Shown here: one piece after another, positions 36,232 through 44,694 of the stretch
Numbering within the stretch: position 1 is the stretch's first letter
Layout of the letters: each line of letters starts with the position of its first letter
Source: Cellvibrio sp.
GTDB lineage: Bacteria; Pseudomonadota; Gammaproteobacteria; Pseudomonadales; Cellvibrionaceae
Length of the DNA: 64,000 bases
Assembly (NCBI GenBank): GCA_035481425.1
Contig: DATIGS010000250.1
Span: 7,775-71,774 of the forward strand
Direction of reading: 5' to 3'
The notes under the pieces: generated by a model
What the model was told of the DNA's origin: nothing
What the model saw: the letters and a program-made list of their open reading frames with translations, nothing else
The model's database searches: none
Translations under genes and position numbers: made by a program

Positions 36232-37035
36232 ATGGAAACTCCTACATCCCTAGTGATTATATTGTTGGTTCTACCGGTAAGTTTTTTGGTGTTTTTAATG
36301 ATCTCTTTGAATCATAAAAAACATCAAGCCACATTGTTGTTTTCACAAGGCATTGAATACATGAAGTTGTTGCGTAAGTTGCTAACACTTGTGCAGCAAC
36401 ATCGCGGGCTAACAACAGGCTTTATCAATGGTAATCGTAACGCCAAACTCGAAATAGAAAATATCTCCATTAATATTAAAAGCACTGTCCATGAGCTGGA
36501 CGCGTCAGGCGCTTGGATGCAAGGTAACGTAAAGTGGTTAAGTTTGGTTGATCATTGGGGCAGGTTAAGTGGTAGTTACACGCAAGGGGATGCCGATAAG
36601 AATTTTAAGCAACATAATATTTTAATCGCCAACCTCCTGTATTTGATTGACGATGTGGCCGATGTTCATCATCTTTCAAAAATCACCGGCGATGCGATGG
36701 ATACCGATTGGCGCTATTTATTGTCGATTGCTGAATATATCGGCCAGGCGCGCGCGTTGGGAACTGGCGTGGCCGCGAAAGGTGAGTGTTCAAGCGTGTT
36801 GCGTATCCAGCTCAATCATTTGCGCAATAAGATTGCATCGAGTGTAGATGCATCATGGCCGGATAAATCACGGGTGGAAATCCAGCAATTATTGCGTTGT
36901 ATTGAAACCGAGTTGATTGTCGATCACCCCAGTATTCAGGCGAGTGATTATTTCAAACTCGCGACTCGATGCATTGAGCACGTGCTCGACCAATTTGATC
37001 GCCAAATTGACCGTTTGCAGTACTATCGTAATTAG
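36232..37035 (+). CDS. Membrane-anchored NIT (nitrate/nitrite-sensing)-like domain protein
   Basis: Single N-terminal TM; LVQQHRG and AEYIGQARA resemble the paired Arg motifs of NIT domains. Confidence 0.75.
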   Translation: METPTSLVIILLVLPVSFLVFLMISLNHKKHQATLLFSQGIEYMKLLRKLLTLVQQHRGLTTGFINGNRNAKLEIENISINIKSTVHELDASGAWMQGNVKWLSLVDHWGRLSGSYTQGDADKNFKQHNILIANLLYLIDDVADVHHLSKITGDAMDTDWRYLLSIAEYIGQARALGTGVAAKGECSSVLRIQLNHLRNKIASSVDASWPDKSRVEIQQLLRCIETELIVDHPSIQASDYFKLATRCIEHVLDQFDRQIDRLQYYRN

Positions 37036-37041
37036 GTGAAA

Positions 37042-37075
37042 CATTCCCGCTGATATGACAATCAGCGGGAAATGC
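37042..37075. terminator. Hairpin between convergent NIT gene and batD
   Basis: TTCCCGCTGAT-atgaca-ATCAGCGGGAA; weak U tails. Confidence 0.6.
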
Positions 37076-37084
37076 ACGTACTAG

Positions 37085-38833
37085 TTACGCTTTGTAAAGT
37101 GGGCGTAATTTGCCGTTGTCGGATGCTTTTTTCTGTTTTGCGCGACGTAAGTTGGCGAGGAGTTGCAACAGGTTTTCTGTGTCTGCCTTTGCAAACTGGG
37201 TTGCGTTGTGTGGGCTAAATATAACTTCATCCAACTTGCGCAACTCCTCTGTTATTGCGGGATCATTTGCTTGTTCAGCGATTGCTTGCAAGCTTGTTAC
37301 CGGCGCGCCTTTCCAATAGGTTTGTGCCCAGGCAATAAGTGCTTTGCGCAATGCGGGTAGATCGTTTTCCGGTAACACTCGTTTGAAATTATTCCAGGCC
37401 TCATTTTCGTGTTGGCTCAATTCTTCCTGTTTGCTGTTGGTTGTGGCATGCACGGCGGCAAGTTCACGTTTGCTTTGCCAAAAGCGCAATGCGAAAAATA
37501 ATGCGGCAATTAACGCTATCAGGTTGCTGACGTAAAGCCACAGCGGCACTTTTGTTTGGACAATCGTTTGTTGCGGTTCAATGGTGCTGAGATCAGTGTT
37601 AATGCCAACACTGGTGGTTTCAGGTTCATCTGCCGGTGGCGGCGCTAATTGGGTCATATCACCCAGACCAACGGTTAGGGAAACCGCCGGCAAAGTGGCG
37701 GTGCGCATGCTATTGGTTTTAGTGTCCCACCAATTTACGTTTACTTCTGGCAGTGTGAAATGTCCGGCTTTGGTTGGCACTATGGCAATCGTTTCAATAC
37801 GTGAACCTTCAACGCCATTTGCCGATTTCAGATCATCAGTCTGCGCCTGGTCGTTATAAAAAGTAAGTCCGTCAACGGGGGCTAATTGCAGAGGGTTGAT
37901 TTGCCCGGCGGTGAGTCCGTCTGCTTTGATGGTAATACTGCGCGTCACTGGCTCACCGATTTTTAATGAATCAATGCTGGTGCTCCAGTGTTCGCTCAGG
38001 CTGACATTATGGGCTGGCAACCAATCGGCGGCGCCGACATTTGCGGGAGCTGGCAACACGTTGATGCGCTGTTCATCGGTGCGCAAACGCAGAATATTAT
38101 TCTGGTTGTTGCCATAAAAACGGTCCCATACATCGCGCTGCCCGGATGCAACGGAAACTTGATAAAGCATACTGGGAATAATTAATTCACCACTCTGCTG
38201 TGGAAATACGGCGTAACGAGTTTCCACCACCGCGCCGGGGCGACCATTGATTTTGGTTTGGTATTGTTTTTCATCTATGTTGACGACTAGCGCATCCTTG
38301 ACTTGCATTGGTTGCAATTCCACACCATTCAAACCTACGGTGGTATAGAGGCGTAAGGTCACAATCACTTGCTCTTGCACATAACTGGTGTCTTTACTGG
38401 TTTCGATTTCAACTGTGACATTGGTGTCGCCACTTTTGGGTGATTTACTCCTTCCTTCAATTTTCATCTCAATCGCATCGCTGATGGCCCCATCGATGGT
38501 AAACGAGGGGATCAATAATTTACCGATGCGCTTGGGTGCCAACGCGATTTTCCATTCGGTAGAAGCTTCCATCCGGCCATTGATGATGCTCATCTGGGTG
38601 CCGCTCTGGGTATTCAAAATATCAAAATCTTTGCGCAGCAGTTCGTAATCCGGCGTGGTGTTGACCTGTTCGTCGTAGCGCAACACGAGCGTGAATGTCT
38701 CTTCAAGGCTTAATGTGTCGCGGTCGACACTGGCGGTCAGGTTGCCGGCGTAGACGTTGAGCCCGGTAATCATCAACAAAAACCCGGCACAGCGACTGAG
38801 GTGTTTTCGTAAATTAAATGAAGCCTGTTTCAT
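37085..38833 (-). CDS. BatD family protein
   Basis: Signal peptide, LTASVDR, beta-rich repeats, WWDTKT, C-terminal TM; last gene of the MoxR-VWA operon. Confidence 0.85.
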   Translation of the reverse strand: MKQASFNLRKHLSRCAGFLLMITGLNVYAGNLTASVDRDTLSLEETFTLVLRYDEQVNTTPDYELLRKDFDILNTQSGTQMSIINGRMEASTEWKIALAPKRIGKLLIPSFTIDGAISDAIEMKIEGRSKSPKSGDTNVTVEIETSKDTSYVQEQVIVTLRLYTTVGLNGVELQPMQVKDALVVNIDEKQYQTKINGRPGAVVETRYAVFPQQSGELIIPSMLYQVSVASGQRDVWDRFYGNNQNNILRLRTDEQRINVLPAPANVGAADWLPAHNVSLSEHWSTSIDSLKIGEPVTRSITIKADGLTAGQINPLQLAPVDGLTFYNDQAQTDDLKSANGVEGSRIETIAIVPTKAGHFTLPEVNVNWWDTKTNSMRTATLPAVSLTVGLGDMTQLAPPPADEPETTSVGINTDLSTIEPQQTIVQTKVPLWLYVSNLIALIAALFFALRFWQSKRELAAVHATTNSKQEELSQHENEAWNNFKRVLPENDLPALRKALIAWAQTYWKGAPVTSLQAIAEQANDPAITEELRKLDEVIFSPHNATQFAKADTENLLQLLANLRRAKQKKASDNGKLRPLYKA

Positions 38834-38919
38834 TGTATGTTTCCGTTGCAGATAAATGCGACTAACAAAATGGTATCGGTAATCAGCGGCCATTGTTGTT
38901 GGCCGCTTATTCGGAGTTT

Positions 38920-40887
38920 TTACCAGCGACTGTCAGCACCGTTTTCGTCTGGCGACCAATCGCCGTTCAATTTTTCCTGGTTGAGCTTGTAATGCTCGTA
39001 ATTAAATTTATTGCGCAATAAACCGCCTGGATCATCCGGTATGCGGCGTAGCCATTGTTCCATTGCCTGACGCTCTTCATCGGTCAGGTTGTCGTCCGTT
39101 GGTTCGCCCATTTGCATTTGTTGTTGCTTCTCTTCAGCAGCTTGCTGCTCTTGCTGTTCGCGCTGTGCAGCTTCAGCTGCCTTTTGTTCATCAGACTTTT
39201 CCTCTTCAGATTGCTCGTCTTGAGATTGATCTTGTTGCGACTGTTGATCGTTTTGCTCTTGAGAATCCTGTTGGTTTTCTTGCTGTTGATCCTGATTCTG
39301 CTGGTTGTTCTGATTTTGTTGCTGATCATTCTTGTCTTGCTGTTGATCGCTTTGCTGATCTTTATTTTGTTGATCGTTGTTTTGTTGATCGTTGTTTTGT
39401 TGATTGTCGTTTTGCTGCCCCTGATCTTGCTGGTTCTGCTGATCCTGGTCTTGTTGGTCTTGCTCGTTTTGATCGTCGCCTTGTTGATCCTGTTTTTGCT
39501 GCTGTTGTTTAAGTTGTTCTTCAACTAATGCGCGATTTTTCTTTGCATCTTCGAGTGAGGGATTAATTTTCAGGGCCTGGTCGTAAGCCTTGATGGCATC
39601 GGACAGTTTATTGGCTTTTGCCAAAGCATTGCCGCGATTGTAGTGGGCATCCGCAGTGTCGGATTGCGCAAAGTTTTTTGCGGCTTCCTCGTAATTTCCT
39701 GCACGGTATTGGGCGCTGGCCTTCCAATCACTTTGGTCAAATTGTTCTGCCGCTGCAGCCGCTTGCTCTTGCTGCAATTTCTCATAGGCTTGCTGGTTTT
39801 TATTTTTCCATAAATCATCCCAACCAAAGGCATAGCTTTTGGTTGGGGTTAATCCTATTAGCGGTAGCAACAATAGCGAAAGCAATACGCCGCGACGGAA
39901 GCAGTAGAGCAGTATTGGCAAGAGCAATAATACGAGCCAGTGGCCACGGTCATACCAGCTATCAAACTCGCGTTCCACTCGTTGGGTTTCTTCTTTTTCC
40001 GGCGCTGGCAGATCCATTAAATAATCTATGTCACTGCTGGTGCTTGCCAGGGTGCGGTAGCGGCCGCGGCTTTGGTTCGCGAGGTTTTGCAATTCACCTG
40101 AGTTGAGCTGCGTGGTGACTATGTTGCGATTTTTGTCGCGCACGAAGCCGCCTTTACTGCTTGGGATGGGAGTAGGTGATGTGCCACCGACACCGAGGAT
40201 CGATAAACGGTATTGGCTTTCGCGGCTCATAATATCGTTGATGTTGTAGATCGCATCCTTATCGACACCATCGGTAATCAACAATAAATCACCTTGGGTA
40301 ATTGCAGCGTTTTTCAGTAATTGGATTGCACTGGTAACAGCTTTTTCGGTATTGCTGCCTTGTGCAGGCATAATATTCGGGTGCAGCGCCGGAATAATAT
40401 TGTTGATCGTTTCTGTGTCATCGGTGAGTGGAGTAACTACGTGCACATCGCCCGCGTAAACCAACAATGCAGTTTGGCCATCTTTACGCAAGCGCAGCAA
40501 ATCGGCAATTTTCAAACGTGCGCGAACCAGGCGTGAGGGTTTTATATCCTCGCTCAACATTGAGGGTGACAAATCGAGTATCAATACCAGTGCTTGCTGG
40601 TTTTGTTCAACTGCAACCGGGCGCTTTTCCCAGCTGGGGCCGGCGAGCGCGAGGCAGCTAATAATCCACGCCAGTAAAAGTGCGATGAGTTGCCAGGGGC
40701 GGATTCGTGTAGTTTGTCCATCGAGTAAATATTGCAGTAATTCCGGTGCGACCATCTGCTGCCACGAACGTGCGTTGTGTTTTTGATACCACAACAAAAG
40801 CGCGACAATAATGACCGGTACCAACGCAATGAGCCACCAGGGGCGCAGAAAATGGAATTGGCTAAAAAGTAAATCAAATGTGTTCAT
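38920..40887 (-). CDS. VWA plus TPR protein (BatB/BatC-like) with Q/N/D-rich linker
   Basis: FHFLRPWW, DLSPSM MIDAS, LITDG, HYNRGNALAK TPR, EQWLRRIPDDPGGLLR. Confidence 0.88.
   Translation of the reverse strand: MNTFDLLFSQFHFLRPWWLIALVPVIIVALLLWYQKHNARSWQQMVAPELLQYLLDGQTTRIRPWQLIALLLAWIISCLALAGPSWEKRPVAVEQNQQALVLILDLSPSMLSEDIKPSRLVRARLKIADLLRLRKDGQTALLVYAGDVHVVTPLTDDTETINNIIPALHPNIMPAQGSNTEKAVTSAIQLLKNAAITQGDLLLITDGVDKDAIYNINDIMSRESQYRLSILGVGGTSPTPIPSSKGGFVRDKNRNIVTTQLNSGELQNLANQSRGRYRTLASTSSDIDYLMDLPAPEKEETQRVEREFDSWYDRGHWLVLLLLPILLYCFRRGVLLSLLLLPLIGLTPTKSYAFGWDDLWKNKNQQAYEKLQQEQAAAAAEQFDQSDWKASAQYRAGNYEEAAKNFAQSDTADAHYNRGNALAKANKLSDAIKAYDQALKINPSLEDAKKNRALVEEQLKQQQQKQDQQGDDQNEQDQQDQDQQNQQDQGQQNDNQQNNDQQNNDQQNKDQQSDQQQDKNDQQQNQNNQQNQDQQQENQQDSQEQNDQQSQQDQSQDEQSEEEKSDEQKAAEAAQREQQEQQAAEEKQQQMQMGEPTDDNLTDEERQAMEQWLRRIPDDPGGLLRNKFNYEHYKLNQEKLNGDWSPDENGADSRW
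39110..39510 (-). repeat. Low-complexity Gln/Asn/Asp coding repeats including 15-nt tandem units (QQNND)
   Basis: TTGTTGATCGTTGTT units near 39367-39410 within the BatB/C linker. Confidence 0.85.
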
Positions 40888-41906
40888 TATTTTATCTCCG
40901 CGCCAGTTATTGCTGGTTGGGTAGCGCGGCCTTGCCAGATATGAGTCATTGCGAAAAACATGCTCAGCAGAAATGCAAACGCCAATGGCCAGTAAAATAA
41001 TGTCTGCACCGGGCGAAAGGTTTCTGCTTCCATCTCGATGGGTTCAAGGCGATCGAGTTCGCGATGGATGCTATCCAGCTCTTCCAGATTGCGTGCACGA
41101 AAATATTTGCCGCCGGTTTTTTCGGCGATTGCCATCATCGTGCCTTCATCGAGATCCGCGGATGGATTCACGGTGCGCGAGCCGAAAATTCCGGGAACTT
41201 CCATTTCTTCTGCGCCAAAGGCGATGGTGTAAATTTTAATTCCTGCTTTTTGTGCAAGTTCAGTTGCTTTATCGGGCGCGAGTACACCGGCGGTGTTAGC
41301 GCCATCGGTGAGTACGATCAAAACGCGACTGGCATCGGGGCGATCGCGCAAGCGTTTCACCGCGAGGCCGATGGCATCACCAATAGCGGTTTCGCGCCCG
41401 GCAAAACCAATTTGGGCTTCTTGCAATAGTTGATTGACGGTGTTGCGGTCATAGGTCAGCGGCGCCTGCAAATATGCTTGGGCGCCAAACAGGATTAATC
41501 CCAATCGATCTGCATTTCGGCGCACAACAAAATCGCCGATGACTTTTTTAACGGCCATCAAGCGAGTAATGCGACGGCCATTCGCAACCATATCGGTTTG
41601 TTCCATACTGCCGGAAATATCTACTGCCATTAATAAATCGCGACCGCTGGAGGGCATGCTGGTTGGTTCGCCTACCCATTGTGGATTGGTTGCGGCAAAT
41701 AGGCAGCAGAGCCACATCAGCCAGAGCGATACGATTTTTGCCGGGCGTTTGCCAACGCGTAAGCGGCTCTGTTGCTCAAGCTGGCTGGCGTGTTGATAAA
41801 ACGGAACGCGCAGTGCGGCTTCAATACGTTTTTTTGGTGCAATAAATCCCATCAATAGCGGCAGCGGGGCAAGCAATAGTAACCATGGCCATTGCATTTC
41901 AAACAT
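40887..41906 (-). CDS. VWA-domain protein (BatA-like)
   Basis: MFEMQWPW start, DISGSM, TAIGDAIGLA, LTDGANT. Confidence 0.9.
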   Translation of the reverse strand: MFEMQWPWLLLLAPLPLLMGFIAPKKRIEAALRVPFYQHASQLEQQSRLRVGKRPAKIVSLWLMWLCCLFAATNPQWVGEPTSMPSSGRDLLMAVDISGSMEQTDMVANGRRITRLMAVKKVIGDFVVRRNADRLGLILFGAQAYLQAPLTYDRNTVNQLLQEAQIGFAGRETAIGDAIGLAVKRLRDRPDASRVLIVLTDGANTAGVLAPDKATELAQKAGIKIYTIAFGAEEMEVPGIFGSRTVNPSADLDEGTMMAIAEKTGGKYFRARNLEELDSIHRELDRLEPIEMEAETFRPVQTLFYWPLAFAFLLSMFFAMTHIWQGRATQPAITGAEIK

Positions 41907-42510
41907 GATTTGCCTCCGTCTTACCTTGTACTTTTTGAGGCGATGGCATTTCTGCTGCACTGGTTTTTGGTACGGATTTTTTCGGGATATGTTGACGATG
42001 GTTGCGATGCACATTAATCCACTGCGAACTGAGCGCCTGCAATTTGCTTGCATCGATTTGCGGATTTTTTTGATAAGTGCTGAGCAATAAAAGCTGGCCA
42101 ACATCACCGGAAAATTTTTCGTCCAGAGCAGGGCAGACGCTATCCAACCAAGCGAGCCATTCGTTGCCTTTAATACTGGCATTAAAACTGTTCGGGTAAG
42201 CAGTAAGTGCGGTGCGGCGCAATAACAAGCTCAATGCTTGCAGATAGGCCGCTGCGTTTTGTGTTTGTTGATAGTCTGCGTAAATTCCGGCGAGTTGATG
42301 CTGCGCAACAATACGATAGGCATTTTGCGCTGTGCGGCGACGCCAGAGATAAGCACCAATGGCCGCTATAACCAGCAAGGCTAGCAATATCCACCAGCCG
42401 GGAGCCAGTGGCCACCAGCTCACGCCATCAGGTAAATGGATATCGGCCAATTGATCCAGTGGCGAAGGTGGTGTTTGCATAGTCTGTGATTGTATGGGGG
42501 ACGATTGCAT
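41899..42510 (-). CDS. DUF4381 family protein
   Basis: LADIHLP...SWWPLAPGWW followed by a TM. Confidence 0.88.
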   Translation of the reverse strand: MQSSPIQSQTMQTPPSPLDQLADIHLPDGVSWWPLAPGWWILLALLVIAAIGAYLWRRRTAQNAYRIVAQHQLAGIYADYQQTQNAAAYLQALSLLLRRTALTAYPNSFNASIKGNEWLAWLDSVCPALDEKFSGDVGQLLLLSTYQKNPQIDASKLQALSSQWINVHRNHRQHIPKKSVPKTSAAEMPSPQKVQGKTEANHV

Positions 42511-42537
42511 AGGTCGTATGAGTCGTAAAAAGTTGGG

Positions 42538-43515
42538 CTATTTTTTTCGGCCAAAGGCTTTGCGTAAGCCATCCTGGATATCGTCGTGCGTGGCGTAACT
42601 CAACAGCGGAATACGCAAACGTTTACAAATGTTGGTGAGCAATGTCATCTGCTTATCGAACTGATTGGTGTACGCCTGCTGGAATGCTTTTTCATTTGCC
42701 GCTAATTGCAAACGCTCGCTGCCATTGCTGATGGTTAATGGGGAATTGCTGATCAGCTGGCGTTCGAGTTGATCGTACACATGAATCAAAGTGACATCGG
42801 TGTGTCGGGCCAGCTCAAATAATTGTTGCTCGGCGCTGGTGTCCAAATCGTGAAAGTCGCTGATGATAAAAAGCGCGCAACCGGGTTTGGCGATGCGGCG
42901 GGCATCGGCCAACATTTCATTGAGCGAATTAGCTTTTTGTTGCTGTTGCTGTTGCTGTTGTTGTGAAGCTTGTTGTACAGGTGCAATAGGGGATGTCAGG
43001 CGATGATTGTAATCTTGCAATTGATGCAGCAATTCCAATACCGCATGTTTACTGCGGCGCGGGCGTACATCGCGCTGGGTGTAATCACCGAATACCAGCG
43101 CGCCCAAACGATCGCCATTGGCAAGTGCTGCCCAGCCGAGCAGGGCAGCGACATGCGCAGCGAGCACGGATTTAAAACAGCGCGTGCTGCCAAAAAATAA
43201 TGGCGAGCGCTGGTCCACCAACATAAACACCGGGCGCTCGCGCTCCTCGCGAAAAATTTTGGTGTGCGCGACTTGAGTGCGTGCAGTGACTCGCCAATCA
43301 ATCGAGCGAATATCATCGCCCGGTTGATACAAACGCACCTCTTCAAAATCCATCCCGCGCCCGCGAAAGCGCGTGCGTTCACCGCCGGATAACAAGCTGC
43401 GCGCCGGTTGGTGGGCAAAGAGTTTTAAATCCTGCGCGGCGAAGCGGCAGCGCAATAATGCGGCGAGTTCAGTGTAGGCACCGCGCGGATTCAGGTCTTG
43501 CTGCAAATTGCTCAT
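42538..43515 (-). CDS. DUF58 domain protein with a poly-Gln insert
   Basis: GRGMDFEEVRLYQPGDDIRSIDWRVTAR, IISDF. Confidence 0.92.
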   Translation of the reverse strand: MSNLQQDLNPRGAYTELAALLRCRFAAQDLKLFAHQPARSLLSGGERTRFRGRGMDFEEVRLYQPGDDIRSIDWRVTARTQVAHTKIFREERERPVFMLVDQRSPLFFGSTRCFKSVLAAHVAALLGWAALANGDRLGALVFGDYTQRDVRPRRSKHAVLELLHQLQDYNHRLTSPIAPVQQASQQQQQQQQQKANSLNEMLADARRIAKPGCALFIISDFHDLDTSAEQQLFELARHTDVTLIHVYDQLERQLISNSPLTISNGSERLQLAANEKAFQQAYTNQFDKQMTLLTNICKRLRIPLLSYATHDDIQDGLRKAFGRKK

Positions 43516-43530
43516 CGCATTGCGTCCCGC

Positions 43531-44541
43531 TTAGCTCAATGGCACAGCGGCCAACAATTTATCTATTGCATGGTTAGCGGTGGTGCCCGTCGCTTCTGCC
43601 TCAAAACTTAAAATCAGGCGATGACGCAATACATCGTGGGCGACAGCTTGCACATCGTCGGGGCTGACAAAATCGCGTCCATTCAACCAGGCATGGGCGC
43701 GAGCGCAGCGATCCAACGCGATAGTGGCGCGCGGGCTTGCGCCGTATTCAATCAGCCCGGCCAGCTCCTCAGAATATTGCGACGGGCGACGGGTCGCATT
43801 AATCAAATGGACTATGTAGTCCTCCACGCTTTCCGCCATATAAATCGTCAGGATTTCAGTGCGGGCCGCTTCGATGGTGGCTTGGGTGATCAATTCGGGC
43901 TGTGCAACTGCGACTGATGCCGCCTCGTTGCGTGCCAGCTGCAAAATGCGGCGCTCAGCTTCGATACTCGGATAATCCACAACAACGTGCAGTAAAAAAC
44001 GGTCAAGTTGGGCTTCCGGTAGCGGGTAGGTGCCTTCCTGTTCGATGGGGTTTTGGGTCGCCATTACCATGAACAAACCCGGTAATGGATAAGTCTTGCT
44101 GCCCACACTCACCTGGCGCTCGGCCATGGCCTCCAACAATGCGGATTGCACCTTGGCCGGCGCGCGGTTGATTTCGTCGGCCAGCACCAGATTGTGGAAA
44201 ATCGGGCCCGGTTGGAATTCAAAACGATTTTGCTCCGGGCGATAGATATCCGTACCCGTGACATCGGACGGCAATAAATCGGGAGTGAACTGAATGCGAT
44301 GAAAGTTGCCTTCTATTGCTTGGGAGAGGGTTTTGATCGCTTTGGTTTTAGCGAGGCCGGGGGCACCTTCCACCAGCAAATGGCCATCGGCAAGCAGGGC
44401 GATCAATAGGCGTTGGGTCAAATGTTCCTGGCCAATAATTTGGTCGTTCAGCCAAGTGCTCAGTGATTGGATCTGTTGAAAAGCCTGCATAGGGTTGAAT
44501 ACCTTTTCGCTGATAGGGGTAGCAATAGTGGTTTGATTCAA
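43531..44541 (-). CDS. MoxR family AAA+ ATPase
   Basis: EGAPGLAKT, RIQFTPDLLPSD, LADEINRA, ATQNPIEQEGTYPLPEAQLDRF. Confidence 0.95.
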   Translation of the reverse strand: MNQTTIATPISEKVFNPMQAFQQIQSLSTWLNDQIIGQEHLTQRLLIALLADGHLLVEGAPGLAKTKAIKTLSQAIEGNFHRIQFTPDLLPSDVTGTDIYRPEQNRFEFQPGPIFHNLVLADEINRAPAKVQSALLEAMAERQVSVGSKTYPLPGLFMVMATQNPIEQEGTYPLPEAQLDRFLLHVVVDYPSIEAERRILQLARNEAASVAVAQPELITQATIEAARTEILTIYMAESVEDYIVHLINATRRPSQYSEELAGLIEYGASPRATIALDRCARAHAWLNGRDFVSPDDVQAVAHDVLRHRLILSFEAEATGTTANHAIDKLLAAVPLS

Positions 44542-44694
44542 AGCCGACGAGCCGCAAAGGTCATTGCCAGCGCGAGAAAAGTGCTCGATAGACTGCGCAT
44601 GGTGGTGGCAGTTCCCTGCAATTTCAACTGTTTACGAGATTTTTTCGACTAGTCTTAAAGAATACCGATTTCACCTTTGACAGGAGCTCAGACA

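Noticed and set aside
39055..39528. Leu/Ile-rich and other overlapping ORFs, and repeat-like DNA suggesting an array
   Set aside because: These are shadow frames of the Gln-rich BatB/C linker; there is no constant repeat with unique spacers, so it is not CRISPR.
41907..42182. Long N-terminal extension of the BatA-like ORF in the track
   Set aside because: It overlaps DUF4381; the family-typical start MFEMQWPW at 41906 has a GGAGG RBS.
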